DNA of 64,000 nucleotides. It comes from Eledone cirrhosa. Lineage: Eukaryota. Shown piece after piece: positions 42,086-55,634 of the stretch. The translations under genes and the position numbers were made by a program. The notes under the pieces were generated by a model, which made no database searches, was not told the DNA's origin, and saw only the letters and a list, made by a program, of their open reading frames with translations. How positions within the stretch are numbered: the first letter of the stretch is position 1; each line of letters begins with the position of its first letter. The stretch covers positions 112,592,001 to 112,656,000 of the forward strand of contig OZ024745.1 in NCBI GenBank assembly GCA_964016885.1, in the 5' to 3' direction.

Positions 42086-44149
42086 GTAGAGATATTAAGT
42101 ATTATATAAAAATTTCTTTAATTTTATTTTCAATGATAAAAATAAACAAATGTGATGGTGGATATGGTGTAGTCGTGAGTAAACTGCGGCTCGTTTGGCT
42201 TTCCTGAACCACCCGCCTAATTTCACATTTGACTTGAATCTTTGCTCGAAAAAGGTTGCCCATGTCTGATATAGCATTTCATTATAAAGTGAAATTTGGC
42301 ATTATAATCACCAATTTGAAACAAAAATGAGAATATAAGTTGAGTTATGTGATTTGATCCATACATTCATCACTTGCTTGCCAGTCGACTACATTACTCT
42401 ACAGAGTAGGAATCGATAAATTAGGGTTTGAGTCACAATAGTTATCCTGTTATTCTTTTTTGTCTCAAAGTAGTTCCTAAAATATCTGATATTTAGAGTG
42501 ACATTCTTAGCAGTAAGAGAAATAGATAGTCAATTCATTACAGATTATTTGTCTTAATTCTAATTCAGATCAAGAAGTATGGTAAGAGAGGAAGTGGAAA
42601 ACAAAATGGTAGAGTCATACATATTTTTGTGGAAAGAGGAAGGAATTGAGAGAAAGAGAGGTTGAGAAGAGTTAGAGAGAAACGAATATTTTTTGGTTTT
42701 ACTTCATTCATATTTCTTTATCTGCTAAAGCGTTCGTTGAAGTTTAAATTCAGATAGTATGTAAATTATTCTGTTCTGGGTCTTTTCTATTGATATCAGC
42801 TACCTTAGCAGTTAATATATTCATGATATATATATATTTTCATTGTTCTTAATATTAACAAGTATAATTTAAAACTTTCATTTGTTAATATGTATACTAC
42901 ATTATTTCAATATCTCTGTACTAGCATTTTTGTTGTTGTTGCTATTCAGGGAATGGAGTTTGATATGGCAGACGTTTGCTAAATTTGACTATAGCAGTAG
43001 TGAATGTAACAGCAATTCCAATAATCTCGATATTTGCTTTTAACCTTCGATATTCGTGACATAATTCAGTAAACAACGGCGGCAACATCAACAAAACCAC
43101 TATCATGAACATCCTTATCTCCGTCGTCATCATAATGGGGGTAAGCTTCTGTCAGGAAATATATGCTTTAGTAGCAGTTGAAATTTTGATATCTGTCATT
43201 TTGATGCCTGACTTTGTCTTCAAGGACAATGACACGATACTTTGATGTATATTGTTATCTCATTGAATCGTGTCACATTGCACGCAGCAATATGTTTAGC
43301 ATTTTTGGACATCAAGAACAGAAAAATGGTTAAAAAAAAGAAATGAAAGAAAAAGCGAGAAAATATACATGGGAAAACGTTCGATGCAGCTTTAGGCATA
43401 GTTATTGGTTTCTCTCAGCCACACATGAGGTCCTGTATTTATAAGATCGGGGAATGAAATACTGTAACGTTTATGCCTACCACAAAAAAATATTAGAAGT
43501 ATATGTGAACACTTGCTTCAACGGAGAATAGAAACCTAATTTCAGTCTTGATTTGTCTAAATCATTTTCCATAGGTTAGTCAGAGGAGGAAGGGAAATGT
43601 CCCTTTTCATGGCTTACGTGATTGCTGGAAAAAGGTGAGGAAGAAATCACACCTTATAACTTATCTTCAGACCAGACTGCGCTAAAAACACCCAAGACTC
43701 AAGTGGTGATATTAAACCAGACGATAGATAAAGTCTACCATCTAAGAACAAGCACAGCCTCGTAGAATTAATTTGTAACCATGTTAGGGCACTGCGTTCA
43801 AAAGTATAGCCGATTAAACTTTGAGTGGTACTTGTTTATCGATTTCCGAAGCATAAAAATCAACTTGGGCAGAATTTTAACCTTAAATATAAGGGTGGGA
43901 GAATCTAACAAATATTACAATCTACTGATTATGGCACTCACCATATTTATGATTATAAATATTTCTTTAAAAGAAGGTTTTGAAATATTTTTTACTGAAA
44001 AAGAAAATAGGTCATGGCTTTAAGAAAGCCCAGTTGACATGGCTTCTGTTTAAACACTTTTGTATGTTGAAGGAAACGAACAGACATTTGACAAAAGACA
44101 AACAAACACAGACAGAGAAAAACAGTAATGAAAAAGATTCAGTATCATT

Positions 44150-44700
44150 GAGGTTGACTTTGCTTTCATCCTTACGGGGTCGATAAAATAAAGTACCAGT
44201 AATGCACTGGGTAATTGTTGGCCTTGTGCCTAAAGTAGAAACAATTATAATTGAAGATTAATAGGGCAGGGGATTGGGAGTATCAGTAGAAGGTCGGACG
44301 CCATGCTTTGCAGCATAGAGTTACGCCCCTTTATGGTGTGAGTTCAAATCCCGCCGAAGTTCACTTTGCCTTTCATCCTTACGGGGTCGATAAAATAAAG
44401 TACCAGTAATGTACTGGGAAATTGCTGGACTTGTGCCAATAATAGAAACAATTATAATTGAAGATTATAAGGCGGTGGATTGGCAGTATCGGTAGAGGGT
44501 CGGACGCCATGCTTTGCAGCATAGAGTTACGGCCCTTTATTATCTGAGTTCAAGTCCCGCCGAGGTTAACTTTGCCTTTCATCCTTATGGGGTCGATAAA
44601 ATAAAGTACCAGCCACGCACTGGTTCGATTTAATCGACTTTCCCCTCCTCGCAAATTGCTGGCCTTGTGCCTATATAAGAAACTATTATAATTGAGGATT
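44150..44700 (+). mobile_element. Head-to-tail array of three SINE copies
   Basis: Units end at ~44259, ~44467 and ~44701, each with attataattga(a/g)gatta. Confidence 0.9.
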
Positions 44701-46518
44701 ATGATAAAGTTGCGTACTATAAATGTCATCCTACTATAGAAGGACACAAAAAGGGTAAGGTTTTCTTGTGTCTATTGTTATATGCTTACAAATAATAATA
44801 TATTTAGGCGGCAAATAATAGAATTATCAAGGTTTTCTCTGATACACTTCAGTGGTTTTCTAGAGTCTTGCACTCAGACATATTTTAGCGAGCAGTCATC
44901 TATGTTTATCTGACGATAGAATATTTTTCTTATTCGTGGCTGTTGATATTTAGTCAAGTAAAAAAAAAATAGAAGTAGAGCAGTCACGTTACTTCTCTCA
45001 TTTCTTCTCTGACTTTTCAATAAAAAAAAAGTGTTTTTCACGTTCGTATTATGAAAACTATTGTAATTATAAACTGGCCAGGTAATTTTCTGAATGACAA
45101 TCAAATATTTCTCGATGTTCTGGCAGAGTAGAGCTGTTTTCATTTCCTTTTTTCATTTCTAGAAAAAAGTTTCTGACGTTGCTAAACTGTTTGGTTAAGA
45201 ATATTTAATATACTTGAATTAAATACTTTTGTCAATGACGTGTTTTATACATATCATGAAAACAAGAAACATGTTTCTAAGATTCAGCGTATTTCTCCAA
45301 ATGTTTAATGCAATCACCATGCAGTTTATCCATTTCAATAGAAAATGTGTTATATAAATTCGTGATGTCCATTGTACACTTGTGGTTTAAAAGACCTTTC
45401 TCTTGTAAGATCTGGAAGTATTGACCTTTCGCTTATTCAGCATTATTAATAGTTCAGAAACAGAATTGTCTTCTCTTTCGAATTTTCCAATGTTTGTGTA
45501 GCAAATAGACATTACCAACGATATAACTTTCTCAATTCCCTGTCAAAAGACCTATTAATCACAGTAGGTGGATTCGTATGTGATAGAAAAAAAATGACTC
45601 TAAGGCTAAAAGCATCTATAGCAATCTTACATTTCCAAGATACAGTGACAGCCATCATACTTGGATGTGAGAGAGCAGAGATCTGTATTTAATTTGAATA
45701 AATTCACAGTATTTCTTCAAAGGTTTTGTTCAAAGAGTGTGGGTGCGAACATACTGGTGAATTTAAAGACATTGTTTTCAAAATGAATGTCGTTTCTTTC
45801 TGTCTTATAATATATAAAGTGCTTCAAAACGCTGGGGAGACCAATACTAATTAACTGTCTACTCATCAGTTTAATCAATTATGCAAACATTCTTTTCGTC
45901 TTCGTTGCATGCAAGTACACCAAAGTAACAGAAACAAAGGTGAAGACCTGTTAGAGGAACCCTTTCTATTGCACTTTCAGCAACACAAAAGTAGACTTTT
46001 CTTTCTTTTTTAATGACTTTAGTTATTGATCAGTAGTACAATAGCATAATTGGTTATAACTTTTGGTTTTAACACTTGAAACATTTGATGTTATTTGAAA
46101 ATCTGCAGATATCTTCTTAAGAATAATGTATGAACTGTAAACTGATTTGGAAGTATGAAAATCTCAGCTTAAGTGTGTGAATTACCTAAGATCATTCTGA
46201 CTCAGTAACAGAATCTTTGTTTTACTTCCAGATTTGATTAAGTAATTTCCTAATTCGGAATGTCATTTTGTGTTGATATGATAGCAAATAAAGAATCTCA
46301 TTCCCATTCGGACTCTGTTTAGATGAGCTTCTAGACTTGATACATACTTTTTTTTTATAAATATGTAACCAGACTTACTTATATTACAATGTCACATACA
46401 CATATAAGTCAAGTTTCATACGTAAGTAGACTAACAAGTAGACTTATATGTCTCTCTGTCTCACTATATATATATATAAATTACACAATAACAAGTTATG
46501 TATACATAACTATAAATA

Positions 46519-46638
<120 letters not shown>

Positions 46639-47493
46639 GTCGACTACTTGTATATGAACGGATGTAATATATATTAAGTTTGCTCATATATGTATGTTAA
46701 ATGTTACATTGTAAACATCCAGTTTCCCAGGTTTCTTTGACATTTCTGAATCAAAATAATTACCTTTCAGTTCCGAAGTGAATTCTTATTTTTATGTCAA
46801 ACACAATGTCAAAACGAAAGTGTAAACATTGGCTTTGGTATTCTGTTTGACACAAAACAATATATATATGTAAACAACGCCAATCTTTTCAAAAGACCTG
46901 CTCTGTGTTCAAATGAATCATTGAAATTATTCCTCATACGTTAGTTTCAATTTCATTGCCAATCACATTACTCCAATTTAATATTTTAAAGTGGTATTTG
47001 ACTTGCTAGAAATAGCAGCCAAAATCTCGCTCAAATAACATTCGTCCATGCTAAATAAGGTAGAATACCTTAACTAATGAAATTCTAGATAAGTTATATT
47101 TTAAAAACAATAGTTGGAAAACCTGGAGCAACACAAACACCTAATACATGTGTATCTTTAGAATTAGGAGCTTGTCATAACACAAGACCTAGTTTATCAC
47201 CACCATCTGGTCTTTGTGTATCTTAATTGGGGTGATTTGTGTTCGATACATTCTATACTGAGAGTTACAGAGTCATCTGTTACATTTATCTGGTGGATAT
47301 TGCCCTACAGATGTCCAGGCAGACGTCAGTGTATCTTATATTACAAGTTGTGTACGGTCTGTAAAGGTCTTTACTATGGATTCACCTCTTCTTACATAAT
47401 GACAAATTGAAAAATCCAAAACAATAGCAAATCAGAACGAAAGAAAATTATTAAATAATTGCCCCCCCCCTCTCTCTCTCTCTCTATCTCTAT

Positions 47494-47553
<60 letters not shown>

Positions 47554-47869
47554 CTCCCTCTTAGTGCAACTCCGTGATATAACATAACAGGTTTGTAACG
47601 ATAAGCATGTAAACTGCTTAATCGTTCTTCTGTCAGTCAATACATTTATTTATTGTAATAAGTGTTTAAGAATGCCTTATCTGATAAATATCTTCTTTCT
47701 CCTGTCATTCAATGCCATGAACAGGATCAATATTAGAACCAGATTTTTCTCACGCTTTATATATTAAACAACGTCTGTGGCACAAAAACGGTATAATAAC
47801 TATATACCCCTCCCCCACACACACATAACCCCGCCTTATGTATGTATGTAAGTATATATGTATATATGT

Positions 47870-48270
47870 ATGTTCTGGTTTCTAACATAGATACAAGCCT
47901 CTCTCATTGGGATTTACACGTCAACTAGGTAGATATGTATGCATATCTGCATGCACGTGTGTGTGTGCAGGTATGGATGTTATTGTATGTGTGGATGTGG
48001 ATGTTTAGAGTTATATGTGTGCATGTGCACATGCTTTGTATCTGTACATATACACAGGCTTTACATCTGTATATGGGCACGGCCTTTGCATCAGTACATG
48101 TGCAGATGCAGTTATTAGATGCAGAATTTTGGGAATGTTTTACGTATTTTTACTGTTCCCTTAATGGATTGTACTTGTAATTTCCTAACTAGTTGTGTTC
48201 TTTCTGTTCCTGTGAAGCCCAGCTTCTCAAGATTTGTACTGAGGCAGTTACTAACATATCCCAGTGCCCT
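47870..48270 (-). mobile_element. R4/Dong-like family B, 3' fragment
   Basis: Peptide ALGYVSNCLSTNLEKLGF...LQVQSIKGTVKIRKTF; homologous to 49745-50311; flanked by TATG repeats. Confidence 0.85.
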
Positions 48271-49090
48271 ATGTATGTATGTATGTATGTATGTATGTAT
48301 GTATGTATGTATGTATGTATGCATGTATGCATGTATGTATGTATGTATGTATGTATGTATGTATGTATTTATGTATGTACAACCTGTCACATGGTCGGGT
48401 CGTCGGTGACTAAACCGGCAACCCCACCAAGTTTACTTGGTGAGGAGGGTGATTTGGGACACCCTGCAGGACAAAAAACAAAACCTGACAAAGAACTCAT
48501 AAGAGTCAACGGCCATCCAAAAGTGTACAAATATGTATATACACATGTACATATGTATGTATATGTGTATATACATGGGTGCATATGTTATATACATGGG
48601 TGCATATGTGTGTATATGCGCGGGGACATAGAAATAATCGGGCTGGGCACCCGATCGCGCGGTTAAACCATTGGTAGTGAAGGACCCCTAGCTTTGTCAA
48701 GGCATTCTTCTAGGAGAAGGCAACTCAGGAAACTGGGATAACTCCAATATAAAACCTGCGGCTCAGTAGTTACTGATGATGTTGATATTTTCTTCTTTTC
48801 GGGTTATAGCTACTGTCGCTCGGGGAGTGGGATTGGCTCAGTGCACAGTCTTTCCTCACTTTAAAAAATATCTTCACGCACAGGCATTGCACGATAGAAT
48901 TAATTAATAATTATTAATAATGGTATATCGTGCAATGGCCATACTCGATAACAAGGGGGCAGCCATCATCATACATGTATGTAGGTATGTACGTATGTAC
49001 GTATGTATGTATGTATGTAGGTATGTACGTACGTACGTACGTACGTATATATGTATGTATGTATATATATGTATGTATGTACGTATGTCA

Positions 49091-49695
49091 GGTCACCAGT
49101 TGGTGCTACTGGTAACATGTATCCCAGTACAACCTGTTTCATGGTCGGGTCGTTGGTGACTAAACTGGCAACCCCACCAAGGTTTCTTGGTGAGGAGGGT
49201 GACTTTGGACATCCTGCAGGACTAAAAACAAAACCTGTCAAAGGGCAAAGGAGCTCTTAAGAGTTAATGGCCATCCAAAATCACCGGGAGAGATGACCCC
49301 TTAGCCTTTGTCAAGGCAGAATTCTAGGAGAAGGAAAACTCTGATATAACACCTGCAACCCTGATGGTATCCAATGATGTTGACTTGTTCTTCTTTTTGG
49401 TAAATATCATCTTGGTTAAGAGAGTGGAACTGGCTTTGTGCAGTGCCTTTGCTCACTATAAAAGCTTCACGGCACAGGCATTGCTTTATATCTGGAGATC
49501 TCTCTGCACTTGTCGTCACATGGTACCATGGGCCCAGCACTATGTGTCAATAATTGTCACAAGTGTAGTGTTTGTACCAGAGCTTTCAAGTCGCTGGCTG
49601 GACAAAAAAGTCACACTCGTTCAGCGCTTCGGTAGGGGTTCTCCTACATGGATATAAAGTAGTGGCCGTACTCGAAAACGAGTTGGCAGCCACCA
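49091..49695 (+). mobile_element. Full-length ~605-bp RTE-derived bipartite element
   Basis: Same family as 13656-14261; TATG/TACG tracts on both sides. Confidence 0.8.
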
Positions 49696-49744
49696 TGTGC
49701 GTATGTATGTATGTATGTATGTATGTACGTACGTACGTATGTAT

Positions 49745-50311
49745 GTTCTGCTGGTTTTATAATTTCACAAAGTTTTACCAATAGAGAGAGAGTCGATTTC
49801 TAACATAGACACAACCCTCTCTCATTGGAATTTACACAACATCAACTAGGTAGATATGTCTGTATGCATGTGTAGATATGGATGTTATTGTATGTGTGGA
49901 TGTGTATGTTTTGAGTTGTATGTGTGCATGTGTATATGCTTTGTATCTGTACATGTGTATATGGAGTTATTAGATGCAAAATTTTTGGAATGTTTTACAT
50001 ATTTTTACTGTTCCATTAATGGATTGTACTTGTAATTTCCTAACTAGTTGTATTCTTTCTGTTCCTGTGAAGCCTAGCTTCTCAAGATTTGTATTGAGGC
50101 GGTTACTAATATACCCCAGTGCCCCAATAATGACAGGCATCAATCTGAAGGTGTAATCAGGGTGGAGTATCTGTAGATTTCTCATTAGTTCTGCATAAAT
50201 ATTCTCCTTTTTGCTAATCTTTGATATTATATTGGTATCTGCTGGGCAGCTAATTTCCACTACTGTTCCTGCTTTCCTTTCCCTGTCCCATATCATAATA
50301 TCTGGTCTGTT
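49745..50311 (-). mobile_element. R4/Dong-like family B, RLE endonuclease plus 3' UTR
   Basis: RPDIMIWDRERKAGTVVEISCP...KENIYAEL...PVIIGALG is the restriction-like endonuclease; both ends lie in (TATG)n. Confidence 0.88.
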
Positions 50312-50400
50312 ATGTATGTATGTATGTATGTATGTATGTATGTATGTATGTATGTATGTATGTATGTATGTATGTATGTATGTATGTATGTATGTATGTA

Positions 50401-50912
50401 CAAAGCCAGTCCCACTCTCTTAACCAAGATGATATTTACCAAAAAGAAGAACAAGTCAACATCATTGGATACCATCAGGGCTGCAGGTGTTATATCAGAG
50501 TTTTCCTTCTCCTAGAATTCTGCCTTGACAAAGGCTAAGGGGTCATCTCTCCCGGTGATTTTGGATGGCCATTGACTCTTAAGTGCTCCTTTGCCCTTTG
50601 ACAGGTTTTGATTTTAGTCCCGCAGGATGTCCAAAGTCACCCTCATCACCAAGAAACCTTGGTGGGGTTTAGTCACTATAAAAGCTTCATGACACAAGCA
50701 TTGCTTTATATCTGGAGATCTCTCTGCACTTGTCGTCACATGGTACCATGGGCCCAGCACTATGTGTCAATAATGTCACAAGTGTAGTCTTTGTACCAGA
50801 GTTTTCAAGTCGCTGGCTGGACTAAAGTCACACTCGTTCAGCGCATCGGTAGGGGTTCTCCTACATGGATATAAAGTAGTGGCCGTACTCGAAAACGAGT
50901 TGGCAGCCACCA
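50401..50912. mobile_element. RTE-derived element with 5' inversion
   Basis: 50401-~50670 is the inverted upstream part; ~50673-50912 is the forward 3' part. Confidence 0.85.
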
Positions 50913-51231
50913 TGTATGTATGTATGTATGTATGTATGTATGTATGTATGTATGTATGTATGTATGTATGTATGTATGTATGTATGTATGCAATTTTTTA
51001 AGTGGTGCACAATATTGCACTGGACCAGTATCCCACTCTCCGAACAATGGTGACAGGTATCCAGCAAGCAGATCAGGTTAATATCATTGGCTGCCATCCA
51101 GTTGCAGGTTTTACATGTTTTCCTTCTCCTAGAATGGAATCCTAAGTAGGACTAGGTGTATGGATATTACAGACTTACACGCAATATCCTTACATACACA
51201 CACACATCTCTCTCCCCCCTCTCTCTTTCAC

Positions 51232-51295
<64 letters not shown>

Positions 51296-51319
51296 AACAT
51301 ACATACATACATACAATAC

Positions 51320-52580
51320 TTATGGTGTGCCAATTCTAACGCCAACATTTGGCCTGCTGAACTGGTCATTGCAAGAACTAAGTGAGATGGATGCTAGAAC
51401 TCGCAAACTTCTCAGTGTTACTGGGAACTTTAACATCAATGGTGATGTAGATAGGCTATACTTCTCACGCAAGGAAGGTGGCCTGGGTCTAAAATCCATA
51501 TTAACATAATATGAGACCCGGATAATAACACTGAAGCAACACCTTCAACAGAGGAAAAAGGTTGGCAACCATCTTGCCCAGGTTTATGACCATGAAAAAA
51601 GAAATATCATTAGAATAGCCACTGATCTGGAGGAGAGATATGGAATAAAGCCTGATATAAATCCCTCACCCAGAGAAATCGGAAGATCCTATTCAATGTT
51701 CAAACAAGATGAAAAAATTGATTAGTTTACAGAAAAAGTTGTGTATGGATACTTGAGACGTAAAACACAGACCATAGAGGGGATAAACCACTCAAAACGC
51801 CTGGCATGGAGTTCCGACAAGTTTATGACATCACACCTTGAGGGATATCTCTATGCAATACAGGAACAAGAACTCCCTACCAAATATCTGCTACACAAAA
51901 GGGGAAGGCCATCAGCTGACAATAAATGTAGGCTATGTAAAACAAAGATCGAGGATGTAAGCCACATTGTTGCCAGCTGCGAAAGATTGTCATCTCGCTA
52001 CTACCTCCCCATGAGACACGATGGGATAGCTAGAACTATCTGGAACGCACTTCGGAAAACAAAATTAACAACAAACGAGGAAGAATATATTGAGACAGAT
52101 GGCACTAAGGAATACTGGTGGAACCTGAAAATAAAAACTGCCACCAAATTAAAGCACAACCGGCCTGATATTGTTGTTTGGGACCACACATTGAAAACGT
52201 GTTCTGTTGTGGAGATCAGCTGCCCACTTGATGTAAACGTTGTCAGAAAAATACAGGAGAAGGAGGATATCTACGGACCATTGATGAAGAGTTTCCAAAT
52301 CCAGTATCCAAGATACACCTTTAGCTTCATACCCATCATTATTGGAGCTACGGGTTATATACCAACCCGCTTGGACCAAAGTATGACTGAACTTGGATTT
52401 GCGGACAAAGAGCGCAGCTCCCTAATTCATAGTCTACAAATGGCTGCGATAGCTGGCACCTTCAAAATTTGCAAAACATTCTTGCGATTCAAGGGATGAC
52501 AATTACTTTTCTTTTACAACCTTGCCTCCAGGAAGGTGGCCGGTCAAAAAAATATACTCGGAATTAAGAGAAAGAGATAA
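51320..52580 (+). pseudogene. 5'-truncated R4/Dong-like retrotransposon, family A (RT thumb, CCHC, RLE)
   Basis: One frame with stops at 51507-51509 and 51723-51725: DRLYFSRKEGGLGL, AIQEQ, CRLC...HIVASC, RHD, NRPDIVVWD, VEISCP, PIIIGATG; flanked by (TACA)n. Confidence 0.9.
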
Positions 52581-52587
52581 CATACAT

Positions 52588-52654
<67 letters not shown>

Positions 52655-54250
52655 TTACTCTTTTTAAGAGTTTCAGTTTATCGGCTGTGGTCAACCGGGC
52701 ACACAATATTATAAACCAATCTATGATAGTTATCAATAGCATACTTTTAATAACAAAGTATTTTAAATTACCCGAAAAATAAATAATAAAACGATAGTGA
52801 AATAAATAAATATGTAACTAAAAGTGGAATGAAGAAGGTATTATTTCAAAGTGAGAGTTACCCCCTCTTGATTTCAGAGTAAAGGTGGAAATTGAGGATA
52901 CACAATATTCATCATAGCTATAATTGCCTCTATGTATTATTTCCTTTTCAACAAACGAGTCTAAGAAGGTGCCTTGGTGCGTTGATCGGCCTGCTAAAAA
53001 GTGCAACTAGTTCTCCCTCAAATCAAACACCACCGTCTTGAAAATGGGTACATCAGATAATGTGGTTGTGATTTTTCTAGAACAAAGACGCGACTGTCCT
53101 TGATCATAGGTTTGTTTAAACAGTGCTGACTTGGAGCTAAACATCAACAACAGCAACTGCATCAACTACATTTATGAAACGAGCTAAGGATTTGACAGTA
53201 AAAGCAAACATTTCCCTCAAATCAGTCTCTAGCATTTATAAACATAACAAAACAAAATGGATAGACGCATTAGACAATGTAGTCTCAGATATTCATCAAA
53301 GGAGTGAAGGTCATAACTAGAACACCTTTAACCACATGTCTACTTGATGAATGTTGACCTGGGGTTAAACCACAGGATCAACAATGGCCAACTTCCAAGA
53401 AATTTAATTGATGACAGAACTTCTCTCCGCGCCTCCCCCTATCCCCCTCTCTCTCTCACTCCTTCCCATCAGTGTCCAGTGAAAATTATCCAGCCTTCTA
53501 CAATATTTACTAGAATCATTAATACAAACACTTGCTATAGTTATCGTTTATATTGTTTTTTCGAAAGAAGAAACCAAAAACAAAAACTTTAAAAAAAGAT
53601 TTTTAAAAAAAATAATTGTTATTGTTTAGCGCTAAGTCAGCACAGATGGAGCAAGACTTATGATTAAATATATCCACTTATGACTGTCCCATGTGTTATA
53701 CTAGTATAGTATAGCTAGGACTACACCACTTATTTAAATAAAACTTTCCTGTCCTGTGCATGGGCGGTCAACGCGTGGGCCCCCATTTGCTCATGATAGT
53801 GAGAAATAGGGAGAGCGAGAGAGATGGAGGCAGTGACAGTGGGAGTTTGGTTCTTTTGTGTTCGGACCGGGTGTATATACGTGTATATAAGAGAGAACGG
53901 GTCTACAAGCTGTTTCTTGTACAGTAAACTCGTAACATAAACATCTGTATATATTTATAAATACCGTATAAAACAATAATACCATACATAAGACAAACTC
54001 GACTAAAAATAATCGTCAGGGGAGACAACTTCTTAATATTATGATGAATTATCTCCCACCATTACCAGAAGTTCAAAACAACAGATTTTTGTGAAGACCG
54101 ATGGATAAGTTAAGCGGCGAAGCACGTTAAAATACCTGGCGGTATATAGTTTCAATCCTTGACGTTCTAAGTTCGAATTCCAGTGAGGATAAATTTACAT
54201 TTTTCTTTATGTAATTGATAAAAACCTACTAGTGAAGCACTTGAGTCATT

Positions 54251-54400
54251 TACCGTATACTTCCGTGTATTGCGCGCATTCGTGTATAACACGTACCACT
54301 TTATGACCAGAAAATGTCTGGAGAAACCTAGTTATTAATAGTTATGATGTATACCACGCACCCCCAAAACAGACAAGGAAAAAAGCTGAAAAATACGGTA
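54251..54400. mobile_element. Small Tc2/pogo-like MITE
   Basis: Terminal inverted repeats taccgtat / atacggta (TA-CCGTA type). Confidence 0.55.
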
Positions 54401-54641
54401 ATTAAACCATATAAGACTTTCTTGCCCTTATAGTCTTATATTTAGTTCGAACCCATGGTATATAATAGTATTTACTTTCGTTAAATATAAATAATCTAAT
54501 GCTAATAATATCTTTAATGATACTGAATAAATATTTTCTTAGGATATACTTTCTTCTCCATTACTAACAACAACTATTGAAAATAATATTAATGCATCAA
54601 AATTATATTAATAGAAATTCATGAAATTCCTCATTCTCCAA

Positions 54642-54873
54642 CACACACACACACACACACACACATGCACATACACGCATGTGAGCACACAGACACACAC
54701 ATACACACATGCACACACACACACACGCACACACACACACACACACACATACACATGCACATACACGCATGTGAGCACACAGACACACACATACACACAT
54801 GCACACACACACACACGCACACAAACACACACACACACACACATACATGCACATACACGCATGTGAGCACACA

Positions 54874-54911
<38 letters not shown>

Positions 54912-55100
54912 AACACACATACATGCACATACACGCATGTGAGCACACAGACACACACACACACACACGCACACAAACACACATACATGCACATACACGC
55001 ATGTGAGCACACAGACACACACACACACACACACAAACACACATACATGCACATACACACATGTGAGCACACAGATACACACATGCACACATGCACACAC
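54642..55100. repeat. Minisatellite with a fixed core and variable (CA)n
   Basis: Core acatgcacatacacgcatgtgagcacacagacac repeated 6 times. Confidence 0.9.
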
Positions 55101-55139
55101 ATATACTTACACGCACTTTTTATTTTCATTATGATTTAT

Positions 55140-55320
55140 AAGGCGATGGATTGGCAGTATCGGTAGAGCGTCAGATACCATGCTTTGCAGCATAGAGTCA
55201 TGGCACTTTACGTTCTGAGTTCAAATTCCGCCTTTCGTCCTTACGGGATCGATAAAATAAAGTAACAGTAATGTACTGGGGTAATTGCAGGCCTTATGCC
55301 AAAAGAAGAAACAATTATAA
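55140..55320 (+). mobile_element. Major SINE copy
   Basis: A-box tggcagtatcgg and B-box gagttcaaattc. Confidence 0.85.
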
Positions 55321-55574
55321 TTTATTGATTGTTGTACTTTGATATGGCCATGCTGCCAAGAAAAACACACGCATCAGTTGATATTTTCCTACAGTTTTAT
55401 TATAAACCAGATAACTAATCCATTCATCGGTTGGTTAAGTAACCGGGTGGTTACTAAATTGTAAAAGTTCTCTCATAACACATTTTGTATAGCTCTACAC
55501 CTCGACACTGAAGTGAACCTAAACATAGAGTGCTCACCCGGGTGAACCTACAGTAACTCCAAGTTACACTCCCT

Positions 55575-55634
<60 letters not shown>

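Noticed and set aside
44470-44565. tRNA gene (A and B boxes)
   Set aside because: No cloverleaf; it is the head of a dispersed SINE with body, tail and TSDs.
49091-49170. HDV-like ribozyme at the RTE-derived 5' end
   Set aside because: Could not place P1, P3/L3 and P1.1 in the required order; kept only as an unclassified structure.
54642-55100. CRISPR-like repeat-spacer pattern
   Set aside because: Spacers are just (CA)n; eukaryotic context and no cas genes.
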